Source: Candidatus Thorarchaeota archaeon (GTDB lineage Archaea > Asgardarchaeota > Thorarchaeia > Thorarchaeales > Thorarchaeaceae). Taken from it: 64,000 nt of DNA. The notes beneath the pieces were generated by a model that was not told where the DNA came from, ran no database searches, and was given only the letters and a program-made list of their open reading frames with translations. A program made the position numbers and the translations under genes. This document shows, one piece after another, positions 45,648 through 54,479 of the stretch (positions are counted from its first letter, which is position 1; the number at the start of each line of letters is the position of its first letter). The stretch is taken from the NCBI GenBank assembly GCA_048882045.1, contig JBHLRZ010000004.1, forward strand, positions 85,257 through 149,256, in the 5' to 3' direction.

Positions 45648-46169
45648 TTATCTCATCTTGGCGAGCTCTTTACTCCACTCTTTGATATCTCCACGGAGCT
45701 TTGAAAGGTCGCTTGGGCTGATAGTATCCACACGACCGTAAGTACGAAGTATTCTTGTCCATCGTTGCATTTTCACAATGAGGGAGCTGGCAACTCCCGC
45801 ACCTTCAAGAATTCCTGCGGACTCACTAATCTTTTGCGCAAGATCACTTGCAATGACTCCTTCTCGAACTTGAGTTTCAAGAGTATCCAACACTGCTTGA
45901 AGAGATGACACTGCACCTCGGTCAGACAGACTGGCAGCTGGTGCGGCTGTGGCTGCTAATACCCCTCCCTTACTCTTGATAATTTCCATCATCTCATCAA
46001 GACGTTCCGTGTTGGCATTTACAGCAATAGTCAGCTCTGAAGTATTCTCTTGGACATCAGTGATTGCGGAGATGACTTCAATCATTCTATTAAGCATCTG
46101 TGTGAGTCTCTCAATAGCTCCATTGATCTCAGTGAGTTTGGCCCGGACATAGGTGTCTTCTTCGCTCAT
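45648..46169 (-). CDS. hypothetical helical/coiled-coil protein
   Basis: 173 aa with heptad-like helical segments and an Ala-rich linker. No family recognised. Confidence 0.45.
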   Translation of the reverse strand: MSEEDTYVRAKLTEINGAIERLTQMLNRMIEVISAITDVQENTSELTIAVNANTERLDEMMEIIKSKGGVLAATAAPAASLSDRGAVSSLQAVLDTLETQVREGVIASDLAQKISESAGILEGAGVASSLIVKMQRWTRILRTYGRVDTISPSDLSKLRGDIKEWSKELAKMR

Positions 46170-46340
46170 TGTATAGCCTCTCCATAAAGAGGGCGCCCAT
46201 CAGGCACGTAATAGCTGTTCATCAAAGGAACCAAAGATTAAGCTTTCTGTGTTGTTTGGTTTGTCCTTAACAATGTGCATAACCTAATACTAATATTCTA
46301 CGGAGAGAGGAATCTGCCCAGCTTTCGAGGTTTGAGTACA

Positions 46341-46691
46341 ATGTATGCAATTAACTACAAGGAACGAAAGGAAGAACCAGTAGAATTTGCTGGGAGTAAG
46401 AAGACATTCGTACGCTGGCTCATAGGTAGAAACACAGGCGCAAAGACATATGCCATGCGACATTTTGACATCAAACCCGGTGGTATCATTCCTCTACACA
46501 AACACGAGGAGGAACATGAGATTTTTGTTCTTGAGGGTGAAGCAAAGGTTATTGGTGGGGAAGAGGGAGCAATAGCTAAGAAGGATGATGTTGTGTTTGT
46601 ACCATCCAATCTCCCTCACGGTTATGATAATACAGAGGGTAAGATATCATTCCGATTCATCTGTGTCATTCCCTTACTCAAGAAGGAGTAG
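46341..46691 (+). CDS. cupin domain protein
   Basis: GGIIPLHKHEEEHEIFVLEGEAKV...VFVPSNLPHGYDN (cupin motifs 1 and 2). ATG 46341 is preferred over GTG 46275. Confidence 0.7.
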   Translation: MYAINYKERKEEPVEFAGSKKTFVRWLIGRNTGAKTYAMRHFDIKPGGIIPLHKHEEEHEIFVLEGEAKVIGGEEGAIAKKDDVVFVPSNLPHGYDNTEGKISFRFICVIPLLKKE

Positions 46692-46740
46692 GTAGTTTTT
46701 TCTTACTGTAGTACAGCCTCGAACACGGAAGCTGTTACTA

Positions 46741-47550
46741 ATGAATTTAGGAGAGAAGAAGCTCTGGATCTTCGATGTAGACAATACACTGATTCATGAT
46801 GTCGAACATCCCACGCCATTTGATGACGCAGTCTCTCTGTGGAATGCATTGGAAAAGAAAGGTGTAGAAATAGCAATCCTAACAAACGTTGGTCGTCTCT
46901 CTGCTCGTCAGGTCAACCAATCTCTTGAGACAGCAGGATTCAATGTCCCAACTGAGAAGGTATTCACTGCAGGTGCTGCTACGGCTGCGTATATCCATAA
47001 CAGAAAACCAGGTGCCCGTTGCTTTGTGATTGGAGAAGGAGGAGCACAGGAGGACTTTGTTGCGCGTGGATTAGATGTTTCAAACAATCCCCCAATTGAA
47101 TATGTTGCTGTTGGCGCAGATCGTGGAATGACATTCAAAGAACTGAACTTCGCTACAAAGATGGTCAAAGAAGGAGCAACCCTCCTCTGTATCAGTGGAA
47201 GTCGAGATTATCCTGGAGTCTACCTAGGAGATGAGGACACCTACATTGGTGAACGTTCCATTGTCGCAGCCATAGAACATGCAACGGGGGTCCAATCTGT
47301 TGTAGTTGGCAAACCACTCCCAGAGATAGTTGTGGAAACAGTCAAAGCATTAGGGTTTGAAGTTGAGGATGCAGTCCTTGTTGGCGACAATCCAGCATCT
47401 GATATAGCAGGAGGTAATGCCGCTAGACTGACAACGATACTAATACACCGTGACCCTGACAACATCGTTTCCTTCGATTCTGGAGATCTCGACACCAAAC
47501 CTGACATTACAGTGCAATCCCTTGAAGATGTCATTGAGATGTTGCAATGA
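46741..47550 (+). CDS. HAD-superfamily hydrolase, subfamily IIA (NagD-like phosphatase)
   Basis: IFDVDNTLIHD (DxD nucleophile motif), ILTNVG, and VGDNPASDIAGGNAA. Confidence 0.75.
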   Translation: MNLGEKKLWIFDVDNTLIHDVEHPTPFDDAVSLWNALEKKGVEIAILTNVGRLSARQVNQSLETAGFNVPTEKVFTAGAATAAYIHNRKPGARCFVIGEGGAQEDFVARGLDVSNNPPIEYVAVGADRGMTFKELNFATKMVKEGATLLCISGSRDYPGVYLGDEDTYIGERSIVAAIEHATGVQSVVVGKPLPEIVVETVKALGFEVEDAVLVGDNPASDIAGGNAARLTTILIHRDPDNIVSFDSGDLDTKPDITVQSLEDVIEMLQ

Positions 47551-47560
47551 GGAATCTCGT

Positions 47561-48250
47561 ATGTTTCTGGATACTCCAAATCTACGCATTACGGTTGACA
47601 GACCTGGTCTGAGTATAGGAATGGTTGTCTTAGAGGATCTCAAGGTGGGTAGTTCAAGTTCATCTTTCGAGTTATACGAGCAGGAAACCTTCGAAGAACT
47701 ACGTTCGATGATGACACTTGATGAAGTAAAGGACGACCCAATCTTTAGGTCGTATAGAGACCTCTATTGGACATTAGGAATGGACCCCACAAAATTAAGA
47801 GTTTCAAGCGAAGCTGTTCTTCGTCGAATATTGAAAGGGCAGAATCTCTGGAGGATTTCTGATGTTGTAGATATCATTAACCTCGCATCTGCGTATCACA
47901 AGATACCTATCAGCCTTATTGACATCTCCAAACTGAAAGGCAATTTGGTCGTTCGAACAGCGGAAAATGGCGAAGTTTTCCAGAGGATTGGTGGAAATAA
48001 AATCATATGCAGAGGTCGTGAAATCGTTATCGCAGATGATGAGAAGATTGTCTGCTTTGGATATGCAACTCATGATTCTGAACGTACAATGATCACTATG
48101 GACAGCAAGCGCGTTCTCATGCTTCTTCTTGGTTCACAGGCTGTAACTAGTCAAGTGATGGATAGCGCATTGCGAACTACCTTAGATATGATAGATGAAT
48201 GGCTCGACTGCAAGGTGTCAGAACCAGTGACATTCCGATCAAAGGACTAG
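47561..48250 (+). CDS. B3/B4 (PheRS beta-subunit-like) tRNA-binding domain protein
   Basis: FRSYRDLYWTLGMDPTKLRVSSEAVLRRILKGQNLWRISDVVDIINLASAYHKIPISLID resembles the stand-alone B3/B4 domain family. ATG 47561 with a GAGGA motif upstream is preferred over 47450, which would overlap the HAD gene. Confidence 0.6.
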   Translation: MFLDTPNLRITVDRPGLSIGMVVLEDLKVGSSSSSFELYEQETFEELRSMMTLDEVKDDPIFRSYRDLYWTLGMDPTKLRVSSEAVLRRILKGQNLWRISDVVDIINLASAYHKIPISLIDISKLKGNLVVRTAENGEVFQRIGGNKIICRGREIVIADDEKIVCFGYATHDSERTMITMDSKRVLMLLLGSQAVTSQVMDSALRTTLDMIDEWLDCKVSEPVTFRSKD

Positions 48251-50217
48251 AACTCTAGGAATGGCTGACCGAGGACTATCCTCTCAAGGATACTATTCTT
48301 GCTAGCGTTCTTGACCATTTGCTCGAACTGATTCTTCAAGCGCTTCTCATCCACATAGTCCGGTTCCTTGACTCCCATGCTTTCTATCACTAATCCAAGC
48401 ATGTACTCGAACTCATAGACGAGGTACAAATCCTTCTTTCCTTTCTTCTCTAATTTGACCTTTTTAGCCAGTCCCTGTTTCAGAGCTTCACGAGTTTCGG
48501 TCAGGTAAGTGTACATCGCCTTCTCGTAGTGGAGATCTCCTCTCTTCACCAGCTCTTGGAGGAAAGGAAGTCCGAAAGTCCTCCGGGCAATTGCTTCTAT
48601 TCTAGCTACAAATCCATTGATGATATCTTCGTACGACACCATTCCGGCCTGCCCACGGGTCGAAAACACCTTTTCATCATCTGCCGCACTCTTGAATTTC
48701 GCTTTCTTCGCTGCTAATAATTTCTCACGTTCAAGACGAGCGGCTTCATCGGCTTTCTTCTTCTCCTCTTCCAGACGCTTTCGTTCAGCTTCAGTTTTTG
48801 CAGCCTCAAGCTTCTTCTGCCTCTCCAGTCTGGCTTTTTCTCGCTTCTCCTCTTCCTCTTTCTCCTTTGCGAGTCTTTGTGCTTCAAGTTCTTTCAGTAT
48901 CTTCTCCTGCTCTACGCGTAGCTTCTGCATGTATTTCTGAACATCTCGTTCAGTGAGCGTGATATGCTGTGTCAGGAGCCATCTGACTCCAATATTGTTG
49001 ACCTTTGGTTTCATGTCTGCTGATGAGAAGATGAAATTGGCTGTCTGCTGGCCTGGAAGTCGTGTGATTATTTCCTCGGATTCTTTCTCTCCTGCGATGG
49101 GTTCCAGTATTCGCTCCAGCACCTTGAGAGATTGTTCACTACTTATTCGCCCAGCTGATATTGTGTTGAATTGCTCAAAGGCCTTGTAGTCAATGTCCTT
49201 TGGACTCTGGGTAGCTATAAGGCACTCGATTCCATACTTTCTTGCTTGCCTGAAGAGGAGTAGGAAGGTTTCCTTTGGACCAGGTGCTCTCATCCCTGCA
49301 GGTATGAAAGGCGCTGCCTCATCTTGGAATATCATCATTCGTGGTTTTTCAGTAAAGCCCTGTCTGAGCATCCATGAATAGAGCTGGTTCAAGACAATAG
49401 CTATGAAGAAGTGTTTCTCTTCTTCGCTCCTCAGAGTCTTGAGGAAGATCACATTGATTGGTGTCTTTCCATTGACCTTCTTTGTCAGATGATCAAAGTC
49501 GATGTTGCCTTCTTCTTTGAAGAGGAGTTGGGATGATCCGACTGTCAGACTCCTGATTCTAGTAGCCAATGTTTGCCTTTCGGAGAACTTCATGAAAGGC
49601 TCGAGGTCTACACCTACCGTTTCTGGGTCAGCCACAAGCATGTCCGCTAATTCCGAGAGCTCATCAATCTCAGTCTTCTGAGCTTCCCAGATGGTCCTAA
49701 GCAGTTCGTAGACTGCAGCGAAGGCTTTACCTTCCCATGACCTAGATAATCCTGCTACTTTCATGAGAACCTTAACTAAGGTTCTCGCTGAATTATCTAA
49801 AAGACGAATGATGTCATCCTGATCTGCATCTCTATCAGGTAGTTTCAATGGATTGATTGAAATCGCAAGACCCTTGCTGCTAGCCGGAGTGTAAACTCGG
49901 ACAATGACATTATCCATGTACTCCTTTAATCTCTCTGGAGGTACTCCTTTTGATGCAAGTTCTTTTGGATCTCCTGGGAGCATCAATGAAGCGATATCTC
50001 CTTGAGGATCGAAAGCTAGAACTGGAATCCCTTCCATAGCTGCCTCTTCCAAGATGCATTTCGATAAGACTGTCTTTCCAGATCCAGTTGAACCGAAGAC
50101 TCCTCCATGTCGTCGGAGGAGGTCCACACTTATCTCGAACTTCTCTTCAGTCCTCTTCCCTTCTTCATCAAGCTTGAATCCAAGCCATAGCTTGTTATCT
50201 GCCATGTCGAACACCAA
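48247..50217 (-). CDS. HerA/FtsK-like P-loop ATPase (DUF87-type) with K/E-rich coiled-coil insertion
   Basis: Walker A GSTGSGKTV, Walker B MMIFQDEAAPF, and LIATQSPKDID. Followed by about 80 aa of charged repeat (EKEEEEKREKARLERQKKLEAAKTEAERKRLEEEKKKADEAARLEREKLLAAKK) and a helical C-terminal domain. Confidence 0.7.
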   Translation of the reverse strand: MVFDMADNKLWLGFKLDEEGKRTEEKFEISVDLLRRHGGVFGSTGSGKTVLSKCILEEAAMEGIPVLAFDPQGDIASLMLPGDPKELASKGVPPERLKEYMDNVIVRVYTPASSKGLAISINPLKLPDRDADQDDIIRLLDNSARTLVKVLMKVAGLSRSWEGKAFAAVYELLRTIWEAQKTEIDELSELADMLVADPETVGVDLEPFMKFSERQTLATRIRSLTVGSSQLLFKEEGNIDFDHLTKKVNGKTPINVIFLKTLRSEEEKHFFIAIVLNQLYSWMLRQGFTEKPRMMIFQDEAAPFIPAGMRAPGPKETFLLLFRQARKYGIECLIATQSPKDIDYKAFEQFNTISAGRISSEQSLKVLERILEPIAGEKESEEIITRLPGQQTANFIFSSADMKPKVNNIGVRWLLTQHITLTERDVQKYMQKLRVEQEKILKELEAQRLAKEKEEEEKREKARLERQKKLEAAKTEAERKRLEEEKKKADEAARLEREKLLAAKKAKFKSAADDEKVFSTRGQAGMVSYEDIINGFVARIEAIARRTFGLPFLQELVKRGDLHYEKAMYTYLTETREALKQGLAKKVKLEKKGKKDLYLVYEFEYMLGLVIESMGVKEPDYVDEKRLKNQFEQMVKNASKNSILERIVLGQPFLEF

Positions 50218-50273
50218 TCACGATGGTATCTTCACTGAGGTTTTAAGAGCCTTTCCAGTATCACTCAAAATTT

Positions 50274-50310
50274 GAAAAAAGAGAAAGAATGGATGGAGAT
50301 GTCTCCATCC
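50274..50310 (-). terminator. hairpin plus T-rich tract on the minus strand after gene 50319..50942
   Basis: GGATGGAGA-TG-TCTCCATCC at 50291-50310. On the minus strand it is followed by ATTCTTTCTCTTTTTTC. Confidence 0.5.
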
Positions 50311-50318
50311 TCATCTAA

Positions 50319-50942
50319 TTACTCGCCTACAGGTTCGTAGCGTCTTCCAAGAAAGATCACTATGCAGACTACGAGAAGAACAGCCATACCAAAGAGAACA
50401 CCGGATGCCCATCCATAAGTGAGTGTGTCTTTGACGACGCTTGCTAGCAAGTAGACTCCAGCCATTATCACACCCAGGATGAGTGAAACAATCATGAACC
50501 TGGAAGTCATTTCCTTGATCTGTCCTGTTTCTGCTCCTTCGGAGATTCTCCTTCCGAAGAAAACAAAGACAAAGAGGAACACGTACGCAATGACAATCAT
50601 CGTTCCCATGTCAAATAGATATCCTTGAATTATGGGATCAATACCTTCAAGGAGACCGTACGTAAGTAGGGTCCCAATTGACATCATGTATACTAGCATG
50701 TTGGACATCATCTTGTCGTCTGGATGTACGTAACCAGTCATCTCTGTGAACGTGTTAATTATAGCAATTAACAGCACCACTGCAAGAACACCAAGAGATA
50801 CCAACCAGATGTAGAATGGGATAAGCAACAGGTCTCCAGTTGCTGAAACTGCATCAAGCAACCACTTGGCTCCTATTGTTCCTGCGAGAAGTGTCAGTCC
50901 TATTCCTGAAAGAAAGTTTCCAATAGTAGTTAGCCTAACCAT
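50319..50942 (-). CDS. hypothetical multi-pass membrane protein
   Basis: 207 aa with about 6 hydrophobic helices. Confidence 0.55.
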   Translation of the reverse strand: MVRLTTIGNFLSGIGLTLLAGTIGAKWLLDAVSATGDLLLIPFYIWLVSLGVLAVVLLIAIINTFTEMTGYVHPDDKMMSNMLVYMMSIGTLLTYGLLEGIDPIIQGYLFDMGTMIVIAYVFLFVFVFFGRRISEGAETGQIKEMTSRFMIVSLILGVIMAGVYLLASVVKDTLTYGWASGVLFGMAVLLVVCIVIFLGRRYEPVGE

Positions 50943-51071
50943 TTCTCTCTCCTCCTAGAGGTGGAGTAACTGAAAGCCTCTTCTGCTTGATTTCATTTAA
51001 TTCTTTGCTACGCATCCATTATTTATTGAAAAACGAGAAACTCTTTATTTCTCTGGGATAATCCATTTGCA

Positions 51072-51713
51072 GTGGAATCTGTGTCAGAGCATAATTCTGA
51101 TAGAATAATTGTAGCGAAAGATAACCTGGCCCGATGTCAATGGTGTGGAACGCCAGAGAGTCCATATTGGACAATATCTCGGGATGAGCAGCTCTTCTGT
51201 TCTCGGGAGTGTGAACTCGCTGCTTCAGCAACAACTAAGCGAATAGGTGGTTGCGTATCCACTTTCTGTGGATCATTATTCCTCATTCCTCTACTTTACT
51301 TCATGTTTGTTTTTCCATCAAACTTCCTCGGTGCAACGATGGTCTTCCTACTCTTGGGTGTCCCCTTTCTTGCTATCGGAATATATGAGTATACAGAAGG
51401 CACAGAAGGTCTGAAGTACAAGGATCGAGAGGACAGGTATCGCGGAGTTTCACCCATCGTTTGTACATATTGTTCGCACCAGAACCCGCCCAATGTTATG
51501 GCGTGTCAAAACTGTGGTTCAACTCTTGCTGAAGCTCCCTTCGTGAAAGACTCGACTCCCCCATGGTTTATACAAGGAAAATCCAGAGGTGTCTACAGGT
51601 GTCCACACTGCAAGGCCGTCTACTCGTATCGTCAAGCACCAATCTCAAAGGATGGTGAGGTCACTTGTCAGAACTGCTTGAAACCTTTCTTCAGACCAAG
51701 AGATGATCAGTAA
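51072..51713 (+). CDS. membrane protein with N-terminal FCS/TRASH-like zinc finger and C-terminal double zinc ribbon
   Basis: CQWCGTPESPYWTISRDEQLFCSRECE, then two TM helices, then CTYCSHQNPPNVMACQNCGS and CPHCKAVYSY...CQNCLKPF. GTG start. Confidence 0.6.
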   Translation: MESVSEHNSDRIIVAKDNLARCQWCGTPESPYWTISRDEQLFCSRECELAASATTKRIGGCVSTFCGSLFLIPLLYFMFVFPSNFLGATMVFLLLGVPFLAIGIYEYTEGTEGLKYKDREDRYRGVSPIVCTYCSHQNPPNVMACQNCGSTLAEAPFVKDSTPPWFIQGKSRGVYRCPHCKAVYSYRQAPISKDGEVTCQNCLKPFFRPRDDQ

Positions 51714-51718
51714 TCCAA

Positions 51719-53011
51719 CTATTGCAATACCTCTTCTACCTTCACTGGAGCCGCCTCAGGGAGGAAATATGTTCCAATACATGCGATTGCAATGATGAGC
51801 GCAACAAGACCTCCAAGTCCTGGGAGAAGACCCCAATTTGTGTAAGCAAATGTCCCAGCCCAAGGACCGATTATCATTCCCGAACCAAAGAAGATGCTAT
51901 AGACACCCATAGTGCTACCGCGTGCCTCTTCACTGGAAACATCTGTCAAATAAGCCATTGCGGCTGGTGGGAACGATCCAGCAATGAATCCGAGTGCTGG
52001 CAAAACCGGCCAATAAGCCCAAATGGCTCCGAAACTATCTGCATTTGCAACTAAAAGATATGAAAGAAGTCCGAATCCAATCAAACCAGTAACAATGAAG
52101 GGACGCCTTTTCATCAAATAATCTGATAGATGTCCCATTACTATGATTCCCAACACAAGAGATACACCGAGAATAGCAAAGAGGATTAACAAATCCGTGG
52201 CTGTAAGTGAGAAGTGTACCTCTATTATGTGCTTCACCTGTGATATCATGAGACCATAGAGTGAGATGATAGGTACGTATACGGGAAGCATCATCTGTAT
52301 TCGCTTGTCACTTGCTACTTCTTTCAGGAGCGCGGTCATCCTGAGTTCTTCCGTTTTTGAAACGACTCTTGTTTCCTTTATCAGAAAAATCGCGAGAATT
52401 CCGCTGATGCTACATGCAGCAGCTGCAGCGAACAAAAGCAATTCAGCCGCCAAGCCGAACTCCAATAGGATGATACCAAGTCCGAATCCTCCAGCAAGTC
52501 CCATCAAAGTGGAAAGGTCATAGTATCCCATTAACCTTGCTCTATTGAATTCTGAAGAAGCATCCGCAATCATGGATAATGTGGTGGTAACCTTTGAAGC
52601 TGCACCAATACCAAAGAGGACTGCGAGGATATATGCAAGAAACTCGAAAGTTGCAACTCCGAAAAGGAATGCTGCTATACCAGTCATGAACAAACTTGCG
52701 ACGAAAATTGGTTTTCTTCCTATCTTATCACTGTATGAGCCAAAGAATGAAACAGTACTCAACTCTGCAATTGGATAAATTGAGAGTACAATCGCTACAC
52801 CCAAGTTAGGGGGTGCGAGAGCGCCACCCATGTAGGCATTACTTGAGATTACAGCAATGGTTACATAGAACGAAGCTCGCATTATCAGAGTTACAAGGTA
52901 CAGCATCATGAGGGTCAGGAAATGACCCGATTTTCTAAGACCCATTCTAAATTCTCCAAGTGATGTGGGTCTTGGCCACGCGTTAGCGTTTATAAGCTTG
53001 GTAGGTCTCAT
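51719..53011 (-). CDS. MFS transporter
   Basis: About 12 TM, with an MFS loop 2-3 motif GSYSDKIGRKP. The track ORF (to 53161) has a non-membrane Cys/His-rich extension. ATG 53011 or 52945 is a more plausible start. Confidence 0.75.
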   Translation of the reverse strand: MRPTKLINANAWPRPTSLGEFRMGLRKSGHFLTLMMLYLVTLIMRASFYVTIAVISSNAYMGGALAPPNLGVAIVLSIYPIAELSTVSFFGSYSDKIGRKPIFVASLFMTGIAAFLFGVATFEFLAYILAVLFGIGAASKVTTTLSMIADASSEFNRARLMGYYDLSTLMGLAGGFGLGIILLEFGLAAELLLFAAAAACSISGILAIFLIKETRVVSKTEELRMTALLKEVASDKRIQMMLPVYVPIISLYGLMISQVKHIIEVHFSLTATDLLILFAILGVSLVLGIIVMGHLSDYLMKRRPFIVTGLIGFGLLSYLLVANADSFGAIWAYWPVLPALGFIAGSFPPAAMAYLTDVSSEEARGSTMGVYSIFFGSGMIIGPWAGTFAYTNWGLLPGLGGLVALIIAIACIGTYFLPEAAPVKVEEVLQ

Positions 53012-53095
53012 CGTTGTACTATGGCAAGTAGTAGGATTCCCGGGGATATCAGCACAACAGACCTTGTTTCTCTCATACTGTATTGATTGAGAACA

Positions 53096-53266
53096 ATGAG
53101 TGATGAGGATAAGAAAGAGTGGTTCAAAGCTTGGAATGAGATTAAGGCATATATCCCTCAAGGAATGAGAATGATAACGGAACCAACAAGTGCCTTTGGT
53201 ACTATTATCATAGTAACAGTTGTCGTGGTCTGGTTATGGGGACTATTCGGACTTGTAATCCTGTAG
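53096..53266 (+). CDS. candidate small tail-anchored membrane protein (56 aa)
   Basis: MSDEDKKEWFKAWNEIKAYIPQGMRMITEPTSAFGTIIIVTVVVVWLWGLFGLVIL has a charged N-terminus and one clean TM. It is below the track cutoff and lies in the MFS / 53332 divergent gap. Confidence 0.35.
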   Translation: MSDEDKKEWFKAWNEIKAYIPQGMRMITEPTSAFGTIIIVTVVVVWLWGLFGLVIL

Positions 53267-53290
53267 TGCATCTCTGCGTATCACGAAGGG

Positions 53291-53297
53291 TTTAAAT
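53291..53297 (+). promoter_or_regulatory. TATA-like box (TTTAAAT)
   Basis: GGGTTTAAATCGC lies 35 nt upstream of ATG 53332. Confidence 0.35.
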
Positions 53298-53331
53298 CGC
53301 TCCTAACAGCGAGACTCACAAGGTGCCAGGT

Positions 53332-54102
53332 ATGAGTTGGGTTGCTAAGATAATCAATGGAACTCCCGATGAGTTTACTCATGCAAAGCTTGTAAAGTAC
53401 GGAATCGGTCAACATCCAGGTCCTAGAATAAAACTGACCCTGAGCAAGACCAGTATCAGATTCAAGGCAGACCTTGATCAGGAAAAGGACCTTCTGAAAG
53501 GGTATCTATTAGGCGCTCCAGAGGGCTCTCATAAAGTGAAAGGTCAACTGATCACATATGTAGATCTGCAGGATGAGTATTCACAGCTGGATATGCCTAT
53601 CATCTGGAAGAAGTCTAAAGGGAAAGGCACCCCGGTATTCAAAGCAAAGGTGGATGAGGTCGCTCCACTTAAAGACATCAAGGCACTCTTCGAATTGGAT
53701 GACCCAACATCATTCTATCTTCTTTCAATCAATCCACGGGATGGGACGAAACCTTGGAAGATTGCGACAAAGACCTCTTTCCCAAAGGGAGGTCCAAAAG
53801 AAGAAGATGAAGAAAGTGATGAGAAGGACCCTGTATTTTCAAAGGGGGCTCTCGGAAATACTCCAGAGGTCCTTGATTTCATCTTGACCACTTACATTCC
53901 TGACTTCAGAGATAAAATAGATCCGAAGACAAAGAACATCTGGATACGGAACAACTTAGAGATTCTGGACATCGAAATTCCAGATGACCCGAGTCTAAAT
54001 TTCGCGGAGAAACGTAGGCTCGCTAAGAAACGCGGTAAGTTGATACGTTCTATTACAATTGATGATGAGGATTTCGAGAAGGAATATGAGTTCCTAGCAT
54101 GA
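53332..54102 (+). CDS. hypothetical two-domain protein with acidic linker
   Basis: 256 aa from ATG 53332 (track GTG 53323): MSWVAKIINGTPDEFTHAKLVKYGIGQHPG..., central linker PKEEDEESDEKDP, and a basic patch KRRLAKKRGK. No family recognised. Confidence 0.55.
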   Translation: MSWVAKIINGTPDEFTHAKLVKYGIGQHPGPRIKLTLSKTSIRFKADLDQEKDLLKGYLLGAPEGSHKVKGQLITYVDLQDEYSQLDMPIIWKKSKGKGTPVFKAKVDEVAPLKDIKALFELDDPTSFYLLSINPRDGTKPWKIATKTSFPKGGPKEEDEESDEKDPVFSKGALGNTPEVLDFILTTYIPDFRDKIDPKTKNIWIRNNLEILDIEIPDDPSLNFAEKRRLAKKRGKLIRSITIDDEDFEKEYEFLA

Positions 54103-54113
54103 GTTCAGGAACG

Positions 54114-54120
54114 TTTAAAT
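54114..54120 (+). promoter_or_regulatory. TATA-like box (TTTAAAT)
   Basis: ACGTTTAAATTCC lies 45 nt upstream of ATG 54165. Confidence 0.3.
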
Positions 54121-54164
54121 TCCAAACCAATGCGGCCCCTATAAGAAAAGAAGAGGCGAAATAA

Positions 54165-54365
54165 ATGCTCCAAGGATTCGAAGGATTCTACTTTCCAATA
54201 TCACTCATGTTTGTATTCTTCGGCATATTTGCACTAGGTTGGCTATTCGTACACATTGAGCATGGTCGCCACTTTTCAAAGTTCAAGGTTGGTGCCGCTC
54301 TATTAATCGGAGCGATTTTCCTTGGCTTTGGTCTTCATTTCCTCCTGCTTTCCATAGGTATGTAG
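54165..54365 (+). CDS. small two-TM membrane protein
   Basis: 66 aa with two hydrophobic helices separated by HIEHGRHFSKFK. Followed by a T6 run at 54373-54378. Confidence 0.5.
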   Translation: MLQGFEGFYFPISLMFVFFGIFALGWLFVHIEHGRHFSKFKVGAALLIGAIFLGFGLHFLLLSIGM

Positions 54366-54479
54366 CGTTTCGTTTTTTCATCTCCATTATGAACGAACAA
54401 CCATTATTTAGTAAGCAGACTAGCTAGATTCGCTTTCCTTCAGAGGATAGCATGTTTGCAAGACAAGAGGAAATAGCAC

